Of a stretch of 64,000 bases of DNA, positions 19,987 through 29,205 are shown piece after piece. The notes under the pieces were generated by a model. The model was not told where the DNA came from. It was given only the letters and a program-made list of their open reading frames with translations, and ran no database searches. The position numbers were made by a program, and so were the translations under genes. The stretch is taken from NCBI GenBank assembly GCA_963749705.1, contig CAVVNQ010000018.1, positions 64,001 to 128,000 of the forward strand, given 5' to 3'. The DNA is from an uncultured Chloroflexia bacterium (GTDB taxonomy: Bacteria; Chloroflexota; Limnocylindria; Limnocylindrales; CSP1-4). The stretch's first letter is position 1. The number at the start of each line of letters is the position of its first letter.

Positions 19987-21186
19987 TCAGGTCGCCCCCC
20001 GGCTGACGTGCCGCGTCTCGGGCAGGAGCGCGATGAACGGAAGCCCCAGCAGCGCGGCACCCGCGGCCAGGATCAGCGCCGCCTGGAGGCCGATCGCCTC
20101 GCCCAGGGCGCCGACCACGACCGTGCCCAGGGCGCTGGTCAGCGTGATCACGAAGATGCTCAGGCCAACCGCCGCGCTCCGGTTGTCGGGCATCAGCTCC
20201 TGCATCAGCACCAGCTGGACGGGGCCGGCGCTGAGCAGCGCCACCCCCGCGACCGCCAGCACCACGAGCGTGAGCGGCCCGATCGGCATCGCGAGCGCGA
20301 GGATCAGCAGGGGTGCGCCGACGCCGACCGAGATCGCGAGCATCGTGCGGCGGCCGATCCGGTCGGACAGGGTGCCACCCAGGAAGGCGCCGGTCGCGCC
20401 CCCGATCTCGAACGCGGTCACCGCCGCGCCCGCGAGCACGAGGTCGGCGCCGGCTCCCGTGAGGTAGGTGGGGATGAACACGAGCATCCCGACGCTCGCC
20501 ATCGACAGCATCGAGCTCGCGCCCGCGAGCAGGAGGAACCCCCGACGCGCGGAGCGAAGGGCGACGCGGATCGAGCCGGCCCGGCCGCGCAGGTGGACCT
20601 CGGGTCGATGGGCGAGGCGCAGGTACAGGAACCCCGAGGCGAGGACCCCCGGCACGATCGCAAGCCAGCTCCAGCCGAGACCGACGACCGACAGCACGGC
20701 GGCGATCACGACCGGCCCGAGCGCGCGGCCCGATTCGCCGCCGGTCATGAAGATCGACGTCCCGCGGCCCCACTGCGTCCCCGACGAGCGGGTCACCAGC
20801 GCGGCCGCGGCCGGGTGGAACACGGCGGAGCTCAGCCCGGCCAGCACCAGCAGCAGGGCGATGAGGGCGGGCACGGGTGCCAGGCCCAGCAGGCCGATGG
20901 CGATCGCCGTCGCCCCCGGCGCGAGGATGATCCAGTAGCGAGTGTCGGCCCGGTCCGCCACGACGCCCAGGATCGGCTGGACCGCCGTCGCGAGCCGGAA
21001 CGTCGCGGCGAGCAGGCCGGCGACACCGAGCGTGATCCCGAGCTTGGGGATGAGCAGCGGCAGCAGCACCCCGATGAACGCCGGGTACGTGTCGTGGACG
21101 AGGTGCGCGCCGGAGACGAGCAGGATCGTCGGCGTGTCGAAGGGTGCCGTGTGCGCTGGGCGCGGATCGGCGGCGGGTTGGGCCAT
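19987..21186 (-). CDS. MFS transporter, Fsr (fosmidomycin resistance)-like
   Basis: AHLVHDTY, QPILG, SAVFHP, 12 TM. Confidence 0.85.
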   Translation of the reverse strand: MAQPAADPRPAHTAPFDTPTILLVSGAHLVHDTYPAFIGVLLPLLIPKLGITLGVAGLLAATFRLATAVQPILGVVADRADTRYWIILAPGATAIAIGLLGLAPVPALIALLLVLAGLSSAVFHPAAAALVTRSSGTQWGRGTSIFMTGGESGRALGPVVIAAVLSVVGLGWSWLAIVPGVLASGFLYLRLAHRPEVHLRGRAGSIRVALRSARRGFLLLAGASSMLSMASVGMLVFIPTYLTGAGADLVLAGAAVTAFEIGGATGAFLGGTLSDRIGRRTMLAISVGVGAPLLILALAMPIGPLTLVVLAVAGVALLSAGPVQLVLMQELMPDNRSAAVGLSIFVITLTSALGTVVVGALGEAIGLQAALILAAGAALLGLPFIALLPETRHVSRGAT

Positions 21187-21255
21187 GGAGGCGCCATTGT
21201 CGCCGGTTTCGGAGGGCCGGGCCGGGCCGGCATCGCGTGGGTCGCTTCGAGTCGC

Positions 21256-21925
21256 CTACGGCGATGGGTGCCGGGAGATCGCCGACCCGGCGGCTCGGTT
21301 GCCCGTGACGGCCACGAGCCCAAGGGCGGCGAGGAGGAGCACCGTCTCCAGGCCCGCGCCGGTCAACGTGAGCGCGCCGCCGTCGTACCCGCTCCCGATC
21401 ACCTCGGCCCCGTTGCCGGTCTCTCCACCGATGGCCCGGCCCTCGCCCTGGGCGCCCGTCCCGCCGTCGCACGCCGTCACTCGTGTACGTCGGCGAGGCG
21501 ACCGTCCCGGTCTCCTCCCAGCAGCGCCCGCCCGTGGTCGCCAGCAGCGCGACGCCGGCGCCGACGATCAGCACCACGACCGCCGCGGCGACCGCGCCGT
21601 CGCGCCGGCGGTGGTCGGAGGCGGGCGCAATCCGTGCTCCGAGGGCGAGGAGCAGGAGGCCCGGGGCCGCGAACGGGAACGCCGCGACCGAGAGGATGAT
21701 GCCGACGAGGCAGACGACCCCCGCCCCCACCACGACCAATGGTCGTCGCTGGATCGAGGCGATGATCGCGACGATGCCGGCCGTCGCGTATAGCGCGGGG
21801 ATCGCGATCGATCGCGGCACGTCCTCGGGCGGGCCGCCATGCTCCTGGACCTGGATGAACACGCCGAGCGCGACGGCCATCGCGACCACGACCAGGCCCA
21901 CCATCGCTGCCAGCCTTCGATGCAC
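21256..21925 (-). pseudogene. Hypothetical membrane protein split by an apparent frameshift near 21480
   Basis: Multi-TM N-terminal part continues sensibly only in another frame (VTACDGG...LLLAALGLVAV). Confidence 0.5.
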
Positions 21926-22067
21926 GGTCAGCTGGATCGGTGCTCTTCGGGTCGACCATCCATGCCCTGCAGTTACATGCTCTTGCTAGGTAGCATGTTA
22001 GCCGTCGCGGTGTGAATTGGTCAACATTCGGAGAGCGGACGTCGCCGTCCCGACCGGCAGCTGGCGC

Positions 22068-22514
22068 TCAGACTCGTGCCAGCCAGCGATCGAACTCCGT
22101 CCTCGTCCGTCTGCCCACCTGGACCGCTGCGCCACGCTTGAAGGACGAGCTCCCGAAGATGTGCGTGTACCCGCCAAGGTCCGTCGGGAGATAGAAGTCG
22201 CCGTACTTGATCATCGCCACCCGAGTCGGGCCGAAGTGGCCGTAGAAGAAGCCGAACTCGAACAGCACGTTCAGGTTCGGCACCTGCACGGTGTTCCCGC
22301 GGATCACGGTCTCGGACTCGGGCGACATCACGAGGACGGCGGCGTCGACCTGCTCGCGGATCGCGTCGAGGTTCTGGAGCAGGGTCGTGCCGGGAACAAA
22401 GGCGTCCCACCATGGCAGGAACTCGAGCGTGGCGCCTGAGAACTTCCTGACGATGGCCTTTGCCTGCGATCGCGCCGCGCCGGACGATCCGATGAAGACG
22501 CGAGTGCGCGGCAC
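22068..22514 (-). CDS. Stand-alone TIR-like domain protein (CAP12/Pycsar-type TIR, PF10137-like)
   Basis: VFIGSS, PWWDAF, DAAVLVMSPE, PNLNVLFEFGFFYG, LPTDLGG; GTG start with GGGAGGGAG RBS. Confidence 0.8.
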   Translation of the reverse strand: MPRTRVFIGSSGAARSQAKAIVRKFSGATLEFLPWWDAFVPGTTLLQNLDAIREQVDAAVLVMSPESETVIRGNTVQVPNLNVLFEFGFFYGHFGPTRVAMIKYGDFYLPTDLGGYTHIFGSSSFKRGAAVQVGRRTRTEFDRWLARV

Positions 22515-22654
22515 CGGCTCCCTCCCGTTCAAATGCTGATGTTGCCGCCTCGCCGGGTGCGCGCGCTCCATGGTGCATGGAGGGCGACCGGGCGATCTTT
22601 CCCCGGGAGTATGACGCTCAGGTGAGTGGACGCGCGGCTGGTGAAACATGCGAC

Positions 22655-22707
22655 TTGACAGGAGCATGAATCTCGGACGATACTTGCGCGTGGCAGATAG
22701 CAAGTAT
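22655..22707 (+). promoter_or_regulatory. Sigma70-like promoter (TTGACA-18-GATACT) overlapped by inverted repeat ATACTTGC-N12-GCAAGTAT
   Basis: TTGACA 22655-22660; repeat arms 22680-22687 and 22700-22707. Confidence 0.5.
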
Positions 22708-22742
22708 TGGCATCGCATGACAGCTCGGTTGGAGACAGGACC

Positions 22743-23669
22743 ATGGCTCGCCACGCAGTCACTGGAGCGCTCGGGTTCTCCGGGCGTCATCTCACCGCGA
22801 GGCTCCTCGGCCGAGGTGACGAGGTCGTCAATCTCACGAACCATCCCGACCGGCGCGACCCGTTCTCCGGCCGCGTGCCGGCGTCACCGCTCGATTTCGA
22901 TCGTCCGGCGGTCCTGGTGGCAGCCCTCGAGGGCGTCGACACGCTGTTCAACACCTACTGGGTCCGCTTCCCGCGTGACGGGCTAACGCACGCCGCTGCG
23001 GTTCGCAACTCGACCACGCTGTTCGAGGCGGCTCGGGCAGCCGGTGTACGTCGGATCGTCCACGTGAGCATCGCCAATCCGTCCCCGACATCCCACCTTT
23101 CCTATTACCGGGGCAAGGCACAGGTCGAGGCTGCCCTTGCTCGTTCGGGTGTCTCGCACGCCGTGCTTCGCCCGACCGTCCTGTTCGGCGACGAGCCGAT
23201 CCTTCCGAACGCGATCGCCTGGGTGCTCCGCCGCTTTCCGATCTTCGGAATCCCGGGAGACGGCCGGTATGGCGTCCAGCCCGTCCATGTCGACGACCTG
23301 GTCGCGCTGGCGCTTGAGGCGGCCGCCCGCGACGACGATCTCACTTGGGACGCCGTGGGACCCGAGATCTATTCCTTCGAGGAGCTCGTGGCCGTCATCC
23401 GAGATGCGGTTGGCTCACCCGCACGGCTCGTGCACATGCCCGCGCCGATGGCTCTCGGCGTCGCGATGGTGCTTGGCCGTGCCGTGAGCGACGTGTTGCT
23501 CACCGGCGAGGAGCTGGAGGGCTTGATGGGCGGCCTGCTCGTGAGCACCGACCTGCCGAGAGGCGAGCGGCGCCTCAGCGACTGGCTTGGCGACAATGGA
23601 AACTGGCTTGGGCGGGCATACCTGTCCGAGGTGGGTCGCCACTTCAGGATGAGTGCGGCCGGCTCGTAG
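22743..23669 (+). CDS. NAD(P)-binding atypical SDR / epimerase (NDUFA9-like)
   Basis: VTGALGFSG, YYRGK, LRPTVLFG, QPVHVDD. Confidence 0.85.
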   Translation: MARHAVTGALGFSGRHLTARLLGRGDEVVNLTNHPDRRDPFSGRVPASPLDFDRPAVLVAALEGVDTLFNTYWVRFPRDGLTHAAAVRNSTTLFEAARAAGVRRIVHVSIANPSPTSHLSYYRGKAQVEAALARSGVSHAVLRPTVLFGDEPILPNAIAWVLRRFPIFGIPGDGRYGVQPVHVDDLVALALEAAARDDDLTWDAVGPEIYSFEELVAVIRDAVGSPARLVHMPAPMALGVAMVLGRAVSDVLLTGEELEGLMGGLLVSTDLPRGERRLSDWLGDNGNWLGRAYLSEVGRHFRMSAAGS

Positions 23670-23749
23670 CGGCGCTGTCAGGGTCAGGTCGGGCCCCGCA
23701 CCGTAGGCGAGGCGCCGCGGGCAAGGAGGTGGCCGCAACTTGCGGCGCG

Positions 23750-24766
23750 TCAGCCCAGGCAGACCCGCAGGTCGTAGGCCCAGAACGCGAGGACCTCTCG
23801 GGCGATCAGGAGCGGCATCTCGCCGATCGGCTCGGGGTCGGCGGCCGGCACCGTCAGGACATCGATGCCCTCGCTCGCGAAGGCGAGCTGCACGCGTGGC
23901 AGGTGGTACGCCTGGCTGACGGCGATGACCTGCCCAGGGCCGGTCGCCCCGCCGCCGGCCGACCGCATGGCCGACACGTTGACGACCGTCGCCTCGGTCG
24001 AGGTCCCGACGGGATCGACCAGGATCGCCGAAGGATCGACCCCCTCGGCGATGGCGACGTCACGCATCACCCGCGCCTCGTTGAACCCGTCACTGCCGTC
24101 GCCACCGGACATGATCAGCAGCGGCACGAGGCCGCTGCGGTAGAGCTCGACGCCGGTCCGGATGCGGTCTGCCAGCAGCGGCGATGGCTGGCCGGAGGCG
24201 TACACGCGGGCCCCGAAGATCACCGCGACATCGGCGGGCCGCCGGTAGTCGGTGGTACCGAAGAACAGCATCTGCGCCAGGGGAAAGACGACGGCCCAGG
24301 CGCCGACGGCAACGCCAAGGGCGATCACGCCGCGTACCCCACCGGGTGAGTGCTCGCGCCGCATCCGGAGGGCACCGATCGCCAAACCGACGATCAGCAG
24401 CGCGATGGGCAGCGACAGAGGAACGTCGACGAACGGCCGCACGTTGCCCCCGGCCACCACCGAGTAGAACCGGACGACGTCGCGGACCGCGAAGCCCGCA
24501 AACACCCCGCACGCGGCCGCGGTCGCCCCCCGGAGTCGCGGGCCGGGCGCCGGATGGATCGCCCATGCCGCGAGCAGGCCGCCGAATGCCCCGAGCATCA
24601 CCAGCCGCACGACCGACGGCAGGTCGCGCAGGTCGATCCACCACAGGCTGACATCGAGGGTCCGGCCGCGCAGCTCGCCGATGAGCCCGACGATGGTGAT
24701 CGCGGCAAGGAACATGGCGGCCCCGCGCAGGCCCAGGGTCGCGATCAGGTACAGGCGAGCTCGCAC
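23750..24766 (-). CDS. YdcF/SanA/ElyC (DUF218) family membrane protein
   Basis: N-terminal TMs, then VIFGA, IMSGG, NEARVM, VSQAYHLPR, RE motifs. Confidence 0.85.
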   Translation of the reverse strand: MRARLYLIATLGLRGAAMFLAAITIVGLIGELRGRTLDVSLWWIDLRDLPSVVRLVMLGAFGGLLAAWAIHPAPGPRLRGATAAACGVFAGFAVRDVVRFYSVVAGGNVRPFVDVPLSLPIALLIVGLAIGALRMRREHSPGGVRGVIALGVAVGAWAVVFPLAQMLFFGTTDYRRPADVAVIFGARVYASGQPSPLLADRIRTGVELYRSGLVPLLIMSGGDGSDGFNEARVMRDVAIAEGVDPSAILVDPVGTSTEATVVNVSAMRSAGGGATGPGQVIAVSQAYHLPRVQLAFASEGIDVLTVPAADPEPIGEMPLLIAREVLAFWAYDLRVCLG

Positions 24767-24891
24767 GATGGCCGGACGCGTCGCCCGGCCGCAATGTGAC
24801 TCGACCGGGCGCGAGGGAGTGGCCGGCCTGGCGACGCCGGAGACGATGAGTGCGAGGCTCGCCCGAGCTTGGTCGAGCCGGCGGTGCGCCC

Positions 24892-25905
24892 CTATCCCTC
24901 GTACCCGCTCGGGTTCCGGCTCTGCCAGCGCCAGACGTCGGCAATCATCTCGTCGAGACTTCGGGTCGCCCGCCAGGCGAGCACTCGGGCGGCCTTGGAA
25001 GCGTCGGCATAGCTGGCCGGCACGTCGCCTGGTCTCCTGGCGACCACCTCCGCAGGGATTGACCGGCCCGTCACCCGTTCGAAGGCGGCCACCATCTGCA
25101 GGACCGAGACACCGGTGCCCGTACCGAGATTGATCACGTCGTATCCGGGGTTGGCAGCCAGGCTCTCGACGGCGGCCACGTGACCCTCGGCCAGATCCAT
25201 CACATGGATGTAGTCCCGGATGCCGGTGCCGTCGGGCGTCGCGTAGTCATCGCCGAAGATCCCCAGCACGGGACGGCGCCCCACCGCGACCTGGGCGAGG
25301 AACGGGACGAGGTTGGCCGGTACGCCCTGCGGATCCTCGCCGATGAGCCCGGACGGGTGAGCGCCGACAGGGTTGAAGTATCGCAACGAGAGCGCATTCC
25401 AGCGGACGTCGGACCGATGGAGATCGAGCAGGATCCCCTCGCACATGAGCTTCGTGCGACCGTACGGGTTGACCGCGGTGGTCGGCGCCCCCTCCGTGTA
25501 CGGGAGCTGGTCGCTGAGCCCGTAGACCGTTGCCGAGGAGCTGTACACGATGTTGTGGATCCCATGGTCCGCCATCACCTGGAGCAGCGTGATGGTGCCG
25601 CCAACTCCGTTGGCGTAGTAGTACAGCGGCCGCTCCACGGATTCGCCCACCGCCTTGGGGGCGGCAAGGTGAATGACCGCGTCGAACGTGCGCTGCTTCA
25701 TGATCTCGGAGAGCGCCGTCGGATCGGTGACATCGGCCTCGAAGAAGTCCACCTTGTTGCCCGTGATCGCGCGCAACCTGTCGAGCACCGCGGGTTTCGA
25801 GTTGGCGAAGTTGTCGAGAAGGGTCACCTCGTGCCCGGCATCGACGAGGGCGACGGAGGTATGGCTACCGATGTATCCGGTGCCGCCAGTCAGCAGGATC
25901 CTCAT
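24892..25905 (-). CDS. galE: UDP-glucose 4-epimerase
   Basis: GGTGYIGSH, KAVGES, SSSATVYG, YGRTK, LRYFNPVGAH. Confidence 0.95.
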   Translation of the reverse strand: MRILLTGGTGYIGSHTSVALVDAGHEVTLLDNFANSKPAVLDRLRAITGNKVDFFEADVTDPTALSEIMKQRTFDAVIHLAAPKAVGESVERPLYYYANGVGGTITLLQVMADHGIHNIVYSSSATVYGLSDQLPYTEGAPTTAVNPYGRTKLMCEGILLDLHRSDVRWNALSLRYFNPVGAHPSGLIGEDPQGVPANLVPFLAQVAVGRRPVLGIFGDDYATPDGTGIRDYIHVMDLAEGHVAAVESLAANPGYDVINLGTGTGVSVLQMVAAFERVTGRSIPAEVVARRPGDVPASYADASKAARVLAWRATRSLDEMIADVWRWQSRNPSGYEG

Positions 25906-26255
25906 CCTCATCCTCGGAAACGTCGGGTCATCCAGCGAGATTGGCGTGACGCCGAAGGCGGCAGTCGCGCGGGATGTGCCGGCGGCTGACGATGAGCTGG
26001 CGGCCACATCACTCTAACCCGCGCATCGTTTGACGGGTTAGGAGATAGAACCGGTCGAAAACGCGCCGCCGGCCGCGGGTCACGTGCCCCCTGCGTCGGC
26101 TCGTTTGACCCGGTTCCGGTGCGCGCGTACACTCCGGCGGCCTGCCGACAGGCTGATGCGCCTCGCGCGCGCGGCCTCCGGGACGCCCCCTGCGCCGTCG
26201 GGCATCGCGTGCGGGAGGCGGGTGCGAGACCACTGCCCGAGGAGGTGAACCGGGA

Positions 26256-26441
26256 TTGGCCGAAGTCCGAGTGGGTGAGAACGAGACGTTCGAGAGCGCC
26301 CTGCGCCGCTTCAACAAGAAGATCCAGCAGAGCGGCATCCTCGCCGAGGCTCGCCGGCGCGAGCACTACGAGAAGCCGTCGGTGAAGCGGAAGCGCAAGG
26401 AAGCGAAGCGCAAGAAGAACGCACGCGCGAGCCAGGGCTGA
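26256..26441 (+). CDS. rpsU: 30S ribosomal protein S21
   Basis: ESALRRFNK...[13 protein letters not shown]; GGAGGTGA RBS, TTG start. Confidence 0.95.
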   Translation: MAEVRVGENETFESALRRFNKKIQQSGILAEARRREHYEKPSVKRKRKEAKRKKNARASQG

Positions 26442-26457
26442 GCCGCTTCGGCGGTTC
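26440..26457 (+). terminator. Hairpin with cUUCGg loop after rpsU (terminator or stabiliser)
   Basis: GAGCCGC-TTCG-GCGGTTC; no U-tract. Confidence 0.4.
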
Positions 26458-26559
26458 ACCAGTCCACGCGTCGACCGGGACCGGGATCCCGGGTCCCCAC
26501 CATCGGCGCAGCTCGCGGGCACGTCGTCTCCGACGCCGTGACACCCGAGGAGCCATCCG

Positions 26560-27036
26560 GTGACCCTTCGCGAACGACTCCACGCTGATACGACCGCCGC
26601 GATGCGGTCGGGTGACGCGCTGCGCCGCGACGTGCTGCGGATGGTCCAGAACGCCATCTACAACATCGAGAAGGCGAACAAGGTCGCGTTGTCCGAGGAC
26701 GAGGTCCTGGGCGTCGTGGTGCGCGAGGTGAAGACCCGCCGCGAGAGCGTCGAGGCGTTCCGCAAGGGCGGGCGCGAGGACCTCGCGACCAAGGAGGAGG
26801 CGGAGATCGCCATCCTCGGTGACTACCTGCCCGCGGCGCTCACCGATGCCGAGCTGCGCGCGCTCGTCGACGAGGGCATCGCCGCGACCGGCGCGTCGAG
26901 CGCCCGCGACCTGGGCAAGGTCATGGGCTGGCTGTCCCCCAGGATCCGGGGCCGGGCCGACGGCAAGGTCGCATCCGGGCTGGTCGCGTCGGCGCTGGCG
27001 CGCAGCGACCTTGCCGGCCACGACGGGGCCCACTGA
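26560..27036 (+). CDS. yqeY: GatB/YqeY domain protein
   Basis: AMRSGD, RRESVEAFRKGGREDL, YLP, DLGKVMG; follows rpsU. Confidence 0.92.
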   Translation: MTLRERLHADTTAAMRSGDALRRDVLRMVQNAIYNIEKANKVALSEDEVLGVVVREVKTRRESVEAFRKGGREDLATKEEAEIAILGDYLPAALTDAELRALVDEGIAATGASSARDLGKVMGWLSPRIRGRADGKVASGLVASALARSDLAGHDGAH

Positions 27037-27054
27037 GGCCGGCGGCGAACCAGC

Positions 27055-29199
27055 ATGATTTCCCGATCCGCCGAGCAGACCACCGACTTCACCCGCCGCG
27101 ACGCGTGGCGGCTGATCCTCGCGTCGATCATCACGGTCGCTGCGATGTCCGTGATCCTGGGCGTGGACGTCCTGCCCGCCCAGACACAGCTGGAGATCGG
27201 CAAGCCGGCGCTCGATGACGTGCTCGCGCCGCGTGCCGGCGAGTACGTGAGCGACGTGGCCACCGAGGCCGCCCGGCAGGACGCGCGCGACGGCGTCGGC
27301 CCCCAGTACGACTTCACGCCTGCCCAGGGCGAAGCGATCGCCGGTCAGCAGGCGCAGGCGTTCGAGCAGCGGGTCAAGCAGATCGATGCGGCCTTCGACT
27401 CGGCGATCACGCCCGACTTCCGCAACACGCTGCTCGCCCAGGCGATCCCGGACCTCTCGACCGAGGAGACGACGACGCTGGTCACGATGACCCCGCAGCG
27501 CTGGACCGTCGTCCGGGCCGAGGCCGCGCGGGTGCTGGACACGCTCGAGCGCACCGAGCTCAAGGAGACCCAGGTCGCCACCGTGCGCGCCGGGCTGGCG
27601 GGGCGGCTGTCGGCGGACCTCAGCGTCGACGAGCGCAACCTCGCCGCGGCGATCATCGAGCCGCTCGTGGTGGCCAACTCGTCCTACGACCCCCAGCTCA
27701 CCGATACGCGCAAGGCGCAGGCCGCGGACGCGGTCACGCCGGTGCCGGCCGTATGGCAGCGCGGCGACATCATCGTTCGCAAGGGCGATCGCGTGACCGC
27801 CGCGGACATGGAGGCGATCGACTACTTCCAGCTCAACACGGGCGGCCTCGATGTCGCCCGCCTGCTCGGGTTCGTGGTGCTCTCGGCGCTGGTCGTCGGG
27901 TTGCTGCTGACCTGGACGTGGCGCTTCCGCCGCGAGTTCTGGCACCGCAACAACGTGCTGCTGCTGCTCGGACTGCTGCTGGTCGTCGCGGTGTTCGCGC
28001 TCAAGCTCACCGCGGGCCGGGTCGGGGTCCCGTACGCGCTCCCGCTGGCCGCGGTGGGGATGCTGGTCACGGTGCTCCTCGACGGCGGCGTGGCGCTGGT
28101 GATGACCGCGCTCATCGCCGTGATCGCGGCCGCGGTCAACGGCACGGGCCTCGAGCTCGCGGCGTACGTGCTGCTCGGCGGGCTCGCCGGGATCGTGGCC
28201 GTGCGGCGTGGCGACCGGCTCGCCGTGTTCATCCAGGCGGGCATCGCGGTGTTCGCCGTGAACGTCGTGGTCGTCGGCACCTTTGCCCTGCTCGGCGAAC
28301 AGGACATCCGCGGCACGCTCGAGCTGTGGGGCGCCTCGGCCGTGGGGGCGGGCGGATCCGCGGTGGCGGCGGTCGGCACCTTCGCCGTGCTCGGATCGGT
28401 GTTCGGGATCCTGACCGTGTTCCAGCTGCTCGAGCTCGCGAACCCGTCGCAGCCGCTGCTCCGGCGACTGCTGGTCGAGACGCCCGGCACGTACCACCAC
28501 TCGCTGATGGTGGGCAACCTCGCCGAGCGCGCCGCCGAGGCGATCGGGGCGGACCCGCTGCTCGCGCGCGTCGCCGCCTACTACCACGACATCGGCAAGC
28601 TCTCCAATCCCTCGGCGTTCATCGAGAACCAGGCCGGCGGCGACAACATCCACGACGAGCTCGACCCCGAGACCTCCGTCCAGATGCTCAAGGCGCATGT
28701 CAGCGACGGGATCGACACGGCCTACAAGGCGGGGCTGCCGAAGCCGCTGATCGCGTTCATCCCGCAGCACCACGGGACCGGCATCCTGTCCTACTTCTAC
28801 GCCCGGGCGAAGGAGCGCGCGGCGGCCCCGTTCGGCGGCCTCGAGACGGCCGAGGGGCGCAAGGCGGCGGCGGCGATCGAGGTCCGCAAGTACCGCCATG
28901 GCGGTCCCAAGCCGCAGTCGCGCGAGGCCGCGATCATCATGCTCGCGGACTCGGTCGAGGCGTCGGTCCGGTCGCTGTCGTCGCGCGACGAGGCATCGAT
29001 CCGGGCGATGGTGTCGCGGATCTTCGACGAGCGGATCTCCGACGACCAGTTCGACGAATGCGACCTGACGCTGCGCGACATCGAGCGGATCCGCGAGGCG
29101 TTCGTGGAGCAGCTGCTGGGCATGTACCACCAGCGGATCGCGTACCCGCAGAACAAGGTGGTCGAGCTGGAATCGCGGCGAGCCTCCGGGGAGCAGTAG
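27055..29199 (+). CDS. pgpH: 7TM-HD phosphohydrolase (PgpH/YqfF-like c-di-AMP phosphodiesterase)
   Basis: Extracellular domain, 7 TM, PGTYHHS, YYHDIGK, QHHGT, MLADSVEA. Confidence 0.88.
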   Translation: MISRSAEQTTDFTRRDAWRLILASIITVAAMSVILGVDVLPAQTQLEIGKPALDDVLAPRAGEYVSDVATEAARQDARDGVGPQYDFTPAQGEAIAGQQAQAFEQRVKQIDAAFDSAITPDFRNTLLAQAIPDLSTEETTTLVTMTPQRWTVVRAEAARVLDTLERTELKETQVATVRAGLAGRLSADLSVDERNLAAAIIEPLVVANSSYDPQLTDTRKAQAADAVTPVPAVWQRGDIIVRKGDRVTAADMEAIDYFQLNTGGLDVARLLGFVVLSALVVGLLLTWTWRFRREFWHRNNVLLLLGLLLVVAVFALKLTAGRVGVPYALPLAAVGMLVTVLLDGGVALVMTALIAVIAAAVNGTGLELAAYVLLGGLAGIVAVRRGDRLAVFIQAGIAVFAVNVVVVGTFALLGEQDIRGTLELWGASAVGAGGSAVAAVGTFAVLGSVFGILTVFQLLELANPSQPLLRRLLVETPGTYHHSLMVGNLAERAAEAIGADPLLARVAAYYHDIGKLSNPSAFIENQAGGDNIHDELDPETSVQMLKAHVSDGIDTAYKAGLPKPLIAFIPQHHGTGILSYFYARAKERAAAPFGGLETAEGRKAAAAIEVRKYRHGGPKPQSREAAIIMLADSVEASVRSLSSRDEASIRAMVSRIFDERISDDQFDECDLTLRDIERIREAFVEQLLGMYHQRIAYPQNKVVELESRRASGEQ

Positions 29200-29205
29200 C
29201 GCCCG

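Noticed and set aside
22515-22844. Longer 258-aa version of the TIR ORF
   Set aside because: The extension overlaps the divergent gene and its promoter and looks non-coding; the RBS supports the GTG at 22514.
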